This document shows positions 10,604 to 24,400 of a stretch of 64,000 bases of DNA, one piece after another (positions within the stretch are counted from its first letter, which is position 1; every line of letters starts with the position of its first letter). This DNA is from Eledone cirrhosa (lineage: Eukaryota), in assembly GCA_964016885.1 (NCBI GenBank), contig OZ024740.1:26474001-26538000 (forward strand), given 5' to 3'. The position numbers and the translations under genes were made by a program. The notes under the pieces are model-generated. The model searched no databases. It worked only from the letters and a program-made list of their open reading frames with translations, and had not been told where the DNA came from.

Positions 10604-12376
10604 GTTTCTTTATTAGCCACAGGGGCACAAAAGAAGGGGACACATACAAAGGGGGAAGTTTACATACAATAAAAACGTGTAAAATATTATCACAAATGCA
10701 ATTTAAAAATTAATCGATTTTCACCAATAGGGGGAGACATTACATATGGGTAACACATACCCCCGACAAAAAATGTGCAACCCTCATCTCCAGGAGTACG
10801 AAGAGTTTGTACTCCTTTCCTCTCCTCCTCCTTTTCCTTAACCTACAGGCTGATATAGAGAGAAGGCCCATTCACTCGGGCCATTCTCGCCACTTTTGCC
10901 CACCCTTCATAAAACTTGCTAGGGTACAGCACCTCTCTCTCCATCCTGATTCTTCTGTTTGTTGTGGTTATTTTTGTGTGTTGGTGTTGTTGTTGTGGTG
11001 GTGGTATTGGTGGTTGTGTTGTTTTGATGGGTGTCGGCAGAAGAGCCTTTTTTTTACTCATTAATATAGGACAGGAAGCCCTCAGGTGACCCCTGCTAAA
11101 GCAATGGTGACATGAAGGCCGCCTACCCTCAACCGAAAAGTTTATGTAGGTGAGGCCGTCCAGGAGTACACGTTGTGGGATCATAGCTATTCGCTCTGGG
11201 CTCATTTGCACCAGAACTTCAACGCTAGTCCCATTGAATACATCTCTGGGGGACTTTCCTACTGACAGTATTCTGTCTTCATCAACATTGATGAAGCCGC
11301 ACAGTATCCACCATATGTTCACCTTTGGTGTGGCACTTGTGATTTTAATCTTTTGTGTCCTTTTTCCCATGTATGTAGGGAAAAAGGTATACAGGTTGGA
11401 TACAATTGGCGACACAGAGTAATTTTGGGCCGTCAATTGATCCTTCATGAGTACCGAAATACTCCCAAAGAGTTTGCTTCTTTGAATGAATGAAATATCA
11501 TTCATTGAATTTTTGAAAACCAGTTCAATTTCTTCTGTGACAATTCGACTGGTTTTCGGGTACAATTGGAAACTGTCCTAAAAACTATCGTTTTGAGAGC
11601 AGTTTCCTTGCGAATTTCTACCGGAGAATTGATGCTGAAAGCACCATTTTTTCGAAAGTGACATACCTCCTAGCGTTCTTTAAAGGTTGTTCGGCATTTG
11701 TTATGTCGAGATATGTCAGTTCCTCCTTTTTCTGAACTGTCTGTGCAAAGGAGATTTTGGTTTCTTTGTGGAATTATCCGTGTTGGTGGTGTTGTCATTA
11801 TTGTTGTTATTGTTGTTGTTATTCTTGTTGTCACTGATGTTGATATTATTCGTATTTTCCTTGGTGTTCGTGTTGGTCTTGTTGTTGTCTTTGTTGCTGG
11901 TGTTATTGGTGTTGTCTTTATTTTTTTCTTTGTTGTTGTTGTCATTGTTGTTTTTATCATCATTATTGGTGTTGTTATTTTTGTTGTCATTGTACTGTTT
12001 GGTGTCATTTGTGTTGTTTGGATATGAATTTGTTTTTACAATTTCATTTCGTCTTTCCATCTCCATAGTATCTAGGAAAGAAGACGATATTGAATCCGTG
12101 CTATGTAGTCTTACCGACTCTCCACCACCATTATCGTTGACGCAGCGTTCATAACGTAATCAAGCATCTTACGATATTTTTTCCAAAATTCGATGGAGAA
12201 AAATTTTTCAAACGAATATTTCGCCCATGTAGGGGCGAAAATGAGTTGACCCACAACCTGAAGGTCCACACGAGGGGTCAAGTTACACAATAATATAAAA
12301 TTTAACTCAAAACTCACGTTTTTTTCTTACATAAATTAACGGAAGCTTCTCCGCGAAGTTACACACGTCTGGTAGA
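10604..12376 (-). mobile_element. Internally deleted Tx1/L1-like LINE (5' UTR, ORF1, last codons of ORF2, 3' UTR), flanked by (GATA)n on both sides
   Basis: ORF1 with zinc knuckle is joined to RRIRMEREVL...WAKVARMARV. GATA arrays at ~10445-10600 and ~12378-12470. Confidence 0.8.
10843..11565 (-). CDS. LINE ORF1 (gag-like, CCHC zinc knuckle) fused in frame to the ORF2 C-terminal tail; upstream Asn-rich part is frameshifted
   Basis: CHHCFSRGHLRASC fits CX2CX4HX4C. The C-terminal ~37 aa match the Tx1-like ORF2 end. Confidence 0.75.
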   Translation of the reverse strand: MYPKTSRIVTEEIELVFKNSMNDISFIQRSKLFGSISVLMKDQLTAQNYSVSPIVSNLYTFFPTYMGKRTQKIKITSATPKVNIWWILCGFINVDEDRILSVGKSPRDVFNGTSVEVLVQMSPERIAMIPQRVLLDGLTYINFSVEGRRPSCHHCFSRGHLRASCPILMSKKKALLPTPIKTTQPPIPPPQQQHQHTKITTTNRRIRMEREVLYPSKFYEGWAKVARMARVNGPSLYISL

Positions 12377-12377
12377 G

Positions 12378-12443
<66 letters not shown>

Positions 12444-12962
12444 ACAGACAGACAGACATATAGATAGATACATATTTCACTAGTATTTTACATTAATATA
12501 TATTGTTCTATATTTGTTCTAATATTTCCATAATTATATCTAAAAAAATATATAAACTATTTAAGTAATAGTGTTTATGACGTTGTAGAGTGGCAGCTGT
12601 TGAAAGTGTTATTTTATGATAGGAAATTAAACAATATATTGATGTTTAGACATATTTCTTAACTTTCTTTCCAATATTTCTTTTAAAGCTGTTACTTCTT
12701 GTAATTTTATGTATATATTTCAGAGTGGTATGATCTTTGTATTTCCACACATATCTCTCTTTTACTTTACATGTATCTATGTATGTATGTATGTATGTAT
12801 GTATGTATGTATGTATGTATGTATGTATGTATGTATGTATGTATGTATGTGTGTATGTATATATGTATGTATGTATGTATATATACCTTCCATACAAACA
12901 TGCAAGCATGTATGTATGTATATATACATACATACGTATATATGTATTTATGTATGTATGTA

Positions 12963-15900
12963 TGTTCTTCTGGTTTTATAATTTCACAAAGTTTTACCAA
13001 TAGAGAGAGAGTCGGTTTCTAACCTAGACACAATACTCTCTCATTGGAATTTACACATCAACTAGGTAGATATGTATGGATGTCTGCATGTGTAGATATG
13101 GATGTTATTGCATGTGTGGGTGTGTATGTTTTGAGTTGTATGTGTGCATGCGTATATGCTTTGCATCTGTATATGTGTATATGCAGTTATTAGAGGCAAC
13201 ATTTTTGGAATGTTTTACATATTTTTACTGTTCCATTAATGGATTGTACTTGTAATTTCCTAACTAGTTATGTTCTTTCTGTTCCTGTGAAGCCTAGCTT
13301 CTCAAGATTTGTATTGAGGCAGTTACTAACATACCCCAGTGCCCCAATAATCACAGGCATAAATCTGAAGGTGTAATCAGGGTGGAGTATCTGCAGATTT
13401 CTCATCAGTTCTTCATAAATATTCTCCTTTTCACTAATCTTTGATATTATATTGGCATCTGCTGGGCAGCTAATTTCCACTACTGTGCATGCTTTCTTCT
13501 CCCTGTCCCATATCATAATATCTGGTCTGTTATGCGTGCATTTTATTGGGTTATTTACTGGTACATTCCACCAGTACTCTTTCATATTATGTACATGGAT
13601 GTCTTCCATATTGCTATAGCTTTTAATGTGTTTATTGTCGGAGCTATCTTTTTTACGAACTGCATTGTACAGTGCTTTAGCCACTACATCATGCCTCATA
13701 GGGAGATAGTACCACGATGACATCTTTGGACAGCTGCTGATAACATGGGTGATATCATCGATGTTAGTTCTGCAGAGTCTGCTCTTGTTATCACATGCAG
13801 GTGTTTTGCCTGCAACCCTATCTCTTTTGCCAATCAGGTATTTCGTGCTAATCTCCTGTTCCTTGATGCAAAAGCATATCCTTCAAAGTGGGAGCCAATA
13901 TAGCGGTTGTTGGTCCAAGATAGACTACTTTCCTTATCTATATTACTCTCACTCTGGAGCTTCCTGGCAACATATCAATACAGTATTTTTTGCTGATAGG
14001 CATGCAGTTTTTCATCCATGGATTCACTGCGATACTGCTGAGCGACATCCCTGGGTGTGAGTTTTTGATTATCACACAGGGAATATCTCTCGAGGAGTTC
14101 CTTCCCAACTCTCATGATCTTATCTGTTTCATGCAGATAGACTTGCTCGAGAAACGGGCTCCTACGCTTCGAGGTTCGTAGATGTTGTCGGAGAGATATG
14201 ATGCGACATTCAAATGTTGTCTGGACTGATGTTAGGCCTCTGCCTCCCTGCTTACGTTTCAAGTAAAGGCGGTCTATGTCACTGTTGATGTGGAGGTTTC
14301 CGTTGTTGTTCAGTATTTTTCGAGTTCCAACATCAACTGCTCGGATTTCGTCTATCGTCCAATTGAGTATTCCAAACGTTGGTGTTAGGACAGGCACAGC
14401 AAACACATTGTGAGCCACTGTTTTGTTTTGCGCAGAGAGTTCCGACGACCAGATCTTTCTTAATCGGGTGTAGTATTCCCTGGTTACGCGTTCTTTATTA
14501 CAGATACCATTATAGGATATGTTCTCACCTATCCCCAGGTATCTGTAGCAGTCCTCATTAGATATCGCTGAACCAGTTAGACCATTGATGACAATGTTGC
14601 TAGATTGGGTTGTTGTTTTTCCACGCTTTACAGTCATGTATGAGCATTTATCTTGGCCAAACTCTATTCCTATATCCTTTGAGAACGTTGTAACCAGGTC
14701 AAGATTTTTCTTCATCCCATCCATCTTCTTGGTATAGAGTTTCAGATCGTCCACAAAGAAATTATGCGTTAGGTTCGTATTTCTCTCCCCCTGTGAGCCA
14801 ATGATGTATCCCTCACATTTCTTGAGCAGAAAGGACAAGGGGTTTAATGACAAGATGAACAATATCACAGAGAAACTGTACCCCTGAAATATACCCCTGC
14901 AATATTTTATTTTATCAGTGAAAATAGAGTCCTCCCTCTCTGTCTTTAACCTTAGGATAGTAGCGCAAGAAGAAGAGAGCTTCTCTATGGCTCTGACAAT
15001 AATGTCTGGGACTTTAGCAAGTTGGAAGGCCTCTATCATCTAAGAGTGGGGAACAGAATCGAAAGCTTTCCTGTAGTCCAGACAGACTGTAGTCATATTC
15101 CTCCTAAGTTGCCGCACCTTCGACATCGCAGTTTTGTTGATTAGGAGTTGTTCAGCACATGCCCAAACCCCTTTCTTTCCAGCTGCTTGTTCATCTGTGA
15201 TGATGTTATTATTTTCAGAGTGATCTTGGAGGAATATGTTAAGGCAGGCTGTATACATCTTATACATCAGGTTCTGGCATGCAATGGGTCGGTAGTTTTT
15301 TGCCAGGTGGGTGTCTTTGTTCTTGGGGACCAGTAACGTTTGTGCTAATGTCAACCATTCTGGTATAAGTGTATCTCCATTAAGATCATGTTGGTAGAGG
15401 TCAGTAAGATACCTCCGATAGAATATTAGTTTTTTGTACCAGTAGCCGACAATCATGTCTCTTCCTGGTGTTTTCTTATCTTGGAATTTTCCTATCACAG
15501 TCTCAAGGGTACCCTCACTTATTTCGTATGTTTTTGTTGTAGTGTAGGAGCAATAGTTCTTTCGGATTACTCTTAGCCACACTGCATCTTCGTTGAAATT
15601 CATCTTTTCACCCCATATTTTTCTCCAAAAGGAATCTATGTCTTTCTGGGATGGTGCCCCAGTGACATTTATTATTTTGCCCTTCATACCTCTATAGACT
15701 GATGTTTGGTTTCGTCTGAATCTTTTATTAAGCACTTTTCTCTCATCTACCTTCTTCAGGTATCGGCGTTTTTCGCTAACAGCTCTCAATTCTTGTTTGA
15801 GGGTGATCAGCTTATATTGGAGAGTTTTGGTTCTACTGTTACCAAACATCGTCTCTATTTTATTTTTCAATCTTTGTTGGTGAGGAGTGAGTTTTTTTGT

Positions 15901-16322
15901 GTTTGTTTGCATGTAAGGAGCATTGTCACATATCCTATGGTTTTTGGTAGGTCAGCACTCTTTTCTTCTATTTTAGTTATATATGATGGTATTTTTGGTA
16001 GTGTTTTGTTCTTGTTAATATCTCTGCTATCACTAAGATAATGCTTCACTGTCATTGCTAAGGAATATAAACAGGCGTTTATTTGCCGTCGTAAATATTC
16101 ATCCCCTATTTCGTCAATAACACGTAGTATTTCATTATTTGGTTTTTTATTCGCCATTGTCATTTTAACACGTTTAGCAAGAGAGATATTTATACATGAG
16201 TTAATTTCTCCCTGGAAGATTTCGTTGAGGGAAATTTTCAATTGTTTATACTTTTGATTATCATTTTCGATAGTATTTTCGACAACAGTCGAGGTAGACT
16301 CGGATGGTATACGTGGTGTCAC
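12963..16322 (-). mobile_element. Decayed R4/Dong-clade non-LTR retrotransposon (RT + RLE) ending in (CATA)n-like repeats
   Basis: Broken ORFs 15867-16322, 15040-15912 (NYRPIAC, DYRKAFDSV), 13975-15039 (GIFQG, HNFFVDDLKL, YRYLG) and 13268-13723 (RHD, NRPDI, VEISCP). Confidence 0.92.
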
Positions 16323-16334
16323 ATTTATTCGATT

Positions 16335-16440
16335 GCGAGGTTGACTTTGCCTTTCATCCTAACGGGTTCGATAAAATAAAGTACCAGTAATGCACTGGAT
16401 AATTGTTGGCCTTGTGCCTAAAGTAGAAACAATTATTATT
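16335..16440 (+). mobile_element. 5'-truncated Nin-like SINE
   Basis: gaggttgactttgcctttcatcctaacgggttcgataaaataaagtaccag...agtagaaacaattattatt. Confidence 0.85.
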
Positions 16441-16449
16441 ATTTCTTCG

Positions 16450-16898
16450 ATTATTATTATTATCGATAGTGTTTTTCCCCAGCATTCGAGGTAGACTTAG
16501 ATGGTACAGGTGGTGTCAAGTTTCTTACAGGCATAATTGTTTCAATGCGCTGTTCGACCTGGCTGCGTATCTGCTTTGCATCTGTACAGGTGTATATGCA
16601 GTTATTAGATGCACATTTGGGCCATGTTTTACATATTTTTACTGTTCCATTAATGGATTGTACTTGTAATTTCCTAACTAGTTGTGTTCTTTCTGTTCCT
16701 GTGAAGCCCAGCTTCTCAAGATTTGTATTGAGGCAGTCACTAACATACGCCAGTGCTCCAATAATCACAGGCATAAATCTGAAGGTGTAATCAGGGTGGA
16801 GTATCTGCATATTTCTCATCAGTTCTGCATAAATGTTCTCCTTTTCACTAATCTTTGATATTATATTGGCATCTGCTGGGCAGCTAATTTCCACTACT
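16450..16898 (-). mobile_element. Short 3' fragment of the same R4-like family with a (TAA)n tail
   Basis: VVEISCPADANIISKISEKENIY...LEKLGFTGTERT is near-identical to 13190-13485, but the 3' UTR differs. Confidence 0.9.
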
Positions 16899-17079
16899 GG
16901 GTATGTATGTATCCATGTATGTGTGTATTTATGTATACATGTAAATATACTTTCCATACATACATGCAGGCAGGCATGTATGTATGTATATATACATACA
17001 TACGTATGTATGTATTTATGTATGTATATATATGTCTGCACGTACATTCGTATGTATAGATACATATACATTGCTATAT

Positions 17080-17253
<174 letters not shown>

Positions 17254-18168
17254 CATCGCTACATAGATACATGCGATTACATATACATACACAACAATAT
17301 TTCTGTATATTTACGTCTGTGTAAATATATACATATATGCGTATACTTCTTAAATATATTTATTTAAAGCTGTGTTTGAATCCCTGAATATCTATATAGT
17401 CACGAGGATGCTTCCAACCACAGAGAGCTGTATACGAGCAATGTTTTCTACCGAACAAACTAATATAAAGATACCATACATAGATATTTATTGCGGACAA
17501 TATGTTTTATTCATGTTTTATACGCACCACTACATCATCTAATAATCTCTTATCCTTTTATTTCATTACTAGTTTCAATAATTCTACTGGGTTATTTGAA
17601 TCTATCGACCTTAATGCTGGTACTTCATCCATCGATCACACTCTATAGAATGGCAGGTTTACGCTTGCTTTCTTATGACCAGTCAGGAATAGAAACATTG
17701 GCCAACAAATTTCAAACACACACATACCATTCGTAGAACAGCCAATACGTATGTTTCATATAATTGATAATATTTCTAAATCTCTTCCATAACCTGACCT
17801 TATTTGCTGTCAAAGTAATAAACTGATAACTGATAAACTAAAAGATAATTTAGTAATCAGTTGAAGATTTTCGCATGTATTTTCGTCGATCAATCGATCT
17901 CTATGAAACTAATTACAACATATTTCCGTGGAGCCTTTCAGACAATGTGTTGTGTTCTTTCAGTTTAGAAAAATTACTATACTAGCCATTAGGAAAGCAT
18001 CCTTACCGTAATATATATTTAAACTCTACACAACTTCAGAATTATATACATTTATCTATTTTATCTCTATACATGTAGCTATTTCTCTATTTATGAAATC
18101 TATCTAGGACTAACTTGTGTATGTATCTGTTAATGTATGTATGTATTTATGTATGTATGCACGCATGC

Positions 18169-18226
<58 letters not shown>

Positions 18227-18280
18227 AGGTATGTACGTATGCATTTGATATATGGTTATGTGTTTGAGGGACAATATACA

Positions 18281-18318
<38 letters not shown>

Positions 18319-18368
18319 CATATATATAAATACATATATATGTATATATACATATATATCTATATCTA

Positions 18369-18471
<103 letters not shown>

Positions 18472-18544
18472 TATATATATATAGATATGTACAGGTATAC
18501 AGAAATATACACACATATATAATGTATGGGTATAGGTTTATATC

Positions 18545-18583
<39 letters not shown>

Positions 18584-18584
18584 T

Positions 18585-18644
<60 letters not shown>

Positions 18645-19073
18645 AAGCTTAAACAAGGTTCAATGAATAAATCAAAGAATGAGTTTTACATATATATATA
18701 CATATTTATATATACGCATATTTATAGCTATATCTACGTATGTGTGAGTTCTACTGGTGCATGTTTACGGGTGTATATATGTATATAAAAATAGAAATAT
18801 ACATTCTGTTGGGAGTGATGTGTTAAATTTGAACTATCGCACTTTTGTTAATGGAAAAATTACTTCCTCTATAAATATAGCAAACAGGCAATTATTGTGA
18901 CTACTGGTTTATAGACTCAACATCTATGATTGGGGGATGTTACAGTATACAATATCAGCCACACTAATCACACCACTTGTTTATCAACTAAAAATACAGC
19001 ATGGGTAGGTTCACAGCACACGATATTAGCCACACTCTCATCAGATCACGGAATATATTAATATTCTATTAAT

Positions 19074-19286
19074 AAGTGTTTCTACTTTTGGCACAGGTCC
19101 AGAAAGGGAGAAAGAAAATTCGATTAAATTGACTTTTGTGCTTTAGAGGTATTTTATTTTATCGATCCCGTAAGAGAAAAAGGCAAAGTTAACCTCGGTT
19201 GGATTTGAACTCAGAACGTAAAAGGTCCTAACTACATGTTGCAAAGTATATCGGCGACACTCCACCGATCCAGCCAAACCACCGCC
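19074..19286 (-). mobile_element. Nin-like SINE with 11-bp target-site duplication
   Basis: Family match. attctattaat occurs at 19063-19073 and 19287-19297. Confidence 0.85.
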
Positions 19287-19309
19287 ATTCTATTAATGAT
19301 TATGATATG

Positions 19310-20700
19310 TTTTATTTGCCATAAAGGCTAAGATTCAGGGCCCATTAGGAAAACGCTGAGGATTTACACAAGAATATGCAAGGCAACTATACAAAAGTTA
19401 TGCAATTCGACGTTTTAAGGTGGAGCAGCTTCCTGAGCCAGGCTCGGGAGTCCATCGATTTATTGACTACATCGATTATAAATCGTAATAATCCATTTTA
19501 AGAAGATTCAATGGAGTGTGCTGCTCCTTCTTCACATTCATATTTCTTTGCAAAGAGTTGATAAATAAAGAAGAATGAGTCTATCTTCAGTCCATTTAAT
19601 CTAATAACACCGAGTAAAAAAGTTGATGAGATGATACTCAGCTGCCATTTATATCCCACCCAGATATGACAACAGGTTCCCCTTATAAATCTACACTTTA
19701 GGGATTCTCTTTAGTTGAACGATTGCAAATACAACAATGTGTCACAGCGACCGCAACAAAAACAGCGCAACCCCAAGACGTTACCGTGAATAAAGAATTA
19801 ATCTGAAACCGACCATAACTTCCAGCCTGGCAGGTCACTCAGTGGTAGATCTGGAGCTGTCTACTCTACCTATGTTACATTTACTATAGAACTGTGTAGT
19901 TGATCAACGTCGATGATACAATGACACTCCAAGAATGTCGTAGCTCTTACTCACCTATAACAACCTACGGAATTGATCTACCAATATCCTTGTTACGGTC
20001 GAATAGATTTATCTGAACATCTAGCAACATCCAGGTCTCAATGGCCTAATATTTATTTTAGGGTTCTTTTTAAAATAGGTGATGTCAGGAAGTTTGATTC
20101 ACAAATAATGGCCACCACTTCTCAATACCTAGAATGCTGTATACAAACTACAGCATGAACCCACAGGATTTGCATGATAAAGCCCTCCAAATTTTTAAAA
20201 TACAAGTAAGAACTAACAGAAAGTTTGTATGCGTTGGTCACCTATGCTACACTGTCCCATATAGATAATAATTTTAGGGTGATCTTACAACTATGTCTCA
20301 CAGCCACAGTTGCATCCATCGTAGAATTTCTCTTGTTGGATTCTAAGAAGATAGATGTGTGAGGGTAATGTAAAGACATCAGTGCGCAGTATGTGATTCT
20401 TCACGGTATTCACTAAATAGGCAAGACACTAAAATATGCTGTATTGCAATGGCTGGTCGTAAAACTGTATACTACTAGCACCATAGGAGGCTAACAACAT
20501 TCCTAGAACAACTAAAGGATGTCTCAAGAGAGGAGGAAAATGGTTGTAAAGAATTAATGAAATATATCATCCGTCATAGATTCCACTATTATACTACTAG
20601 TGATTGAGGAAGAAGAAGTATAGGAAATTAGATCGAAGCAGACAAGGAAGATTCTCTGCTCTAATGGAAGTAATCACATTTATTACCCATATACAAGGAA
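19310..20700 (-). pseudogene. Possible highly decayed APE-type LINE
   Basis: Only faint motifs in the expected order on the minus strand (GD.NA-like ~20240, SKSYD ~19940, SYLG ~19665). No open frame. Confidence 0.3.
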
Positions 20701-20765
20701 TATCTCATATTATAGAATATACGTATATTAATAGACCCCCCAACGAACAAGCTGATACACACACT

Positions 20766-20810
<45 letters not shown>

Positions 20811-21309
20811 GTGTATATATATATATATGTGTGTGTGTGTGTTTATAAAAGTAATTTTAAAGATTCTAAATAATGAGGTTGTAAGATACCTTCAGTAATT
20901 CAGGTCATCATCTAGTTGACTAAATGGAAATAAAACCCTCTGTAATCTATAGTTTATTCTTGTATATCAGATGACTACTATAAATAGCAGAATACAGTTT
21001 TATCTTGTGAATTATAACATGCAATCGTATAGTATAATAAAAGGGAATGACGAAGATTTCAGAACAACATCCGTTCATTGCCTAACGAGTGTTTCTGTGA
21101 CAATCATGCTGGTAACGCTGGTGTCATGCAACGGTTTATGTGCTCATTTATATAGTCAGTTATCTACTTACGTGTATATACCTGTGTTAGTGTATGGAAG
21201 GTTGTTTTTTTTTTACATATTTCCTTAATTATATGCTCTAATTATGTGTACTTTATACTCATAGTATTGTAAGTTCTTCTCTTCTTCATCATCATCATCA
21301 CTATCATCA

Positions 21310-21374
<65 letters not shown>

Positions 21375-21382
21375 TTCTTCTT

Positions 21383-21413
<31 letters not shown>

Positions 21414-21448
21414 TTATTATTATTATTATTATTATTGTTATTGTTATT

Positions 21449-24400
21449 CCTTGAATCTCAGTCATTGATGTTGGTTAACTGGAAAGTCCGTTGGATTGAA
21501 TATCAAGCCACTACCTGCAGCCTCAGATATTCAGGACGTATCGGAGGGTTCTTGCTGTTCCAAGCAAGCATGCCTTTTGAAGCGTTCCAAAAAGCGTGAA
21601 GGGGCCGATTTTCTTTAACCATCCCTGGAAACCTTTGGAGATAGTCCCCAGTGCGCCTATGACAATCGGGATCACTTTGACTTCATGGCAGTTCCAAATC
21701 CTTTTCACCTCCCACTTTAGGTCCTGGTATCGGTTAATTTTCTCCCTCTCCTTCTCTTGCACTCTCGTGTCGAACGGGCAGGCCACATCCACAATCAGGC
21801 ACGATCTTTTTTCTTTGTCCACAACCACCAGGTCAGGTCTATTGTGTTCCAGTTTTTTGTCCGTCTGTATCCTAAAATCCCACAGCACCTTCACCTGACT
21901 GTTCTCCATCACCGCCTCTGGCCTATGCTCATACCATTTCTCAGAATGTGGTAGATTGTTTACTTTGCACAGGTGCCAGTGGATCACCCTGCCCATCACA
22001 TCGTGTCTCCAGCCCTTATAGTGGGTCTGGGCTAGGTGTTTACACTCGGACACAATGTGAGCCACAGTCTCCTCTCTCTCTCCACAGATCCTGCACAGTG
22101 GGCTAGCCTCCTCCTTGTAGATATGGTGCTTCAACCACTTCGTTTTGGGGGCCTGCTCCTGCGCAGCCATTAGCATTCCTTCTGTAGCCTTTTTGAGGTC
22201 TCCTCTTCTCAACCAGTTCCATGTCTGTGGATCTCTAAATTCAGTTTTCTCAAAGAAGGTACTATGAAGGGATTTTCCCTTAAGGCTGCTCTTCCTCCTT
22301 GATGTTATTTCCTCCTTGGACATCCCCTGGCCTACTGTCCCCTCCTTCAGTACAGTTCTGAGCATTGGCTCCTTACTATAGGTCACGTATTTGTATAGGT
22401 TGTTTTTCTCCATCTGAACACAGTCCTCTATGCTGATAAGACCTCTTCCACCCTCAGATCTCCTTAGGTAGAGTCTATCGACATCACTCCTCTTGTGGAA
22501 CATGTTGTAGATAGTCAATAGCTTCCTAGTCTTCCTATCCATTTCTTTTTGTTCAGCAACATTCCATCTCAGAATTCCCGCACTGTACCTAATAATAGAC
22601 ACAGCTCGGGAATTTACTGCGCTTATGGCATTTCTGCTGTTCAGATGTGACTTCAATACGCTCCTTACTCTCCGAATGTATTCAGTTCTTAACAATTCCT
22701 TCATTTTTTTGTTCTTTATGCCATCAGCCTCCAGAACGCCCAAATACTTGTATCCTTCCTCAGAGTCAATTTCCTTTATCATCTCACCTGTTGGTATCTG
22801 GATCCCGTTACTTCTGCTCAACCTACCCCTCTTCATCACAATGACTCCACATTTACCAATACCAAACTGCATACATATATCACTGCCGAAAATACGGACA
22901 GTGTCAACAAGCACATCCAACTCCTTCTCACTTTTCCCGAAGAGCTTAAGATCGTCCATGAAGAGGAGGTGATTGATGGTAAGCTCTCCTCTTCCCAACT
23001 TGTATCCTGCTCTCACTTTTCGCAGCAGAATGGTCAAGGGCATCAGGGCAGGGACAAACAACAGAGGGGACAGGCTATCTCCCTGGAAGATACCTCTCTT
23101 GATCTTCACGCTTCCCAAGGATACTCCAGTTGATGTCAACTCTGTCTCCCAGGACCCCATACTCCTGCCCAGCAACTGTCTGATGTTATCTGCCACCCTG
23201 AAGACCTCCAGGCTTTTGGTGATCCAGGAATGAGGCACCATGTCAAATGCCTTTCTGTAGTCTATCCATCCCATGGCAAGATCAGTGTGTCTCCTCCTGC
23301 AATTCCCCATTACCATCTTATCAATAAGCAACTGGTCCTTTGTACCACGTGACTTCTTTCGGCATCCTTTCTGTTCGTCCGGTAACAAGTTGTCTGTGTG
23401 GAGGTGATGGTAGATTTCCTCAGACACAATGCTCGTCAACAGTTTCCACATTACGGGCAGACATGTGATAGGTCTATAGTTGGTAACATCATTACCCTTG
23501 ATTCGGTCTTTCATTATCAGAACTGTGGTACCTTTTGTCAACCACTCTGGCACCTCACCCGACACCAAGCAGTCATTGAACATGGCCGTCAGCTTCGGGT
23601 GGAGGGATGTTAAATGTTTAATCCAATACCCCTGCACACCATCTGGGCCTGGTGATTTCCAGTTGGTTAGTTTTTTGGCTTGCCCCTTAAGAGTTTCAAC
23701 TGTGATACTCAAATCAGTCTGTTGTTGTGCCTTCTCACCGATCTCCCTCTGTACTGTCTCAATCCACCCTGCCTGGGCATTGTGTCTAACATCCTGCTCC
23801 CATATTCCTCTCCAGAATGTTTTAGCTTGTTCCGCCCCAGGGATCAAGTCGTTGCCTCTTTCTTTCCCCTCAAGCTGTCCAAACAGCATCTTCTGGTTGT
23901 TGTCGAACATGCGGTTCTGTTTATACTGACTGACTCTGTTCTCGTATCGCCTGATTTTGGCACTCTTTGCTACAATGCGTTGCTTCAATTCCTCTATGAT
24001 AATATTTAGCTTTTTACTCCTAGTTTTGTATTTCATTTCCAGTCTATTTTTAGTGCCTATGTTTTTTAGTGTCCCATTCAGTAGTGACTCAAGCTTTCCT
24101 ATGTCATTTCTCATTTCCCCGATTTGCCCACTCAGTCGCTTCTTCCACCACGGCTCTGCTCTTTCTTGTCTGTTGTTTCCTCTCGCTTTTATACCAAGTA
24201 GTTTCCTCACCGTATTTGCTGTTGCTTTGAGGATATTGTTGCACTGGTGAAGACTCCTCGCCTCAAGGTATGGGATGACTTTGTTTACCTTAGCTGTTGT
24301 TTCTTTTAACTTTTTCCTGTCCACAAATCTTAGGTTCATAGGTCTCCCACTATCATTGTTCAATTCATCTACCACTAGATTTAGGATGTCAACCGAATCT

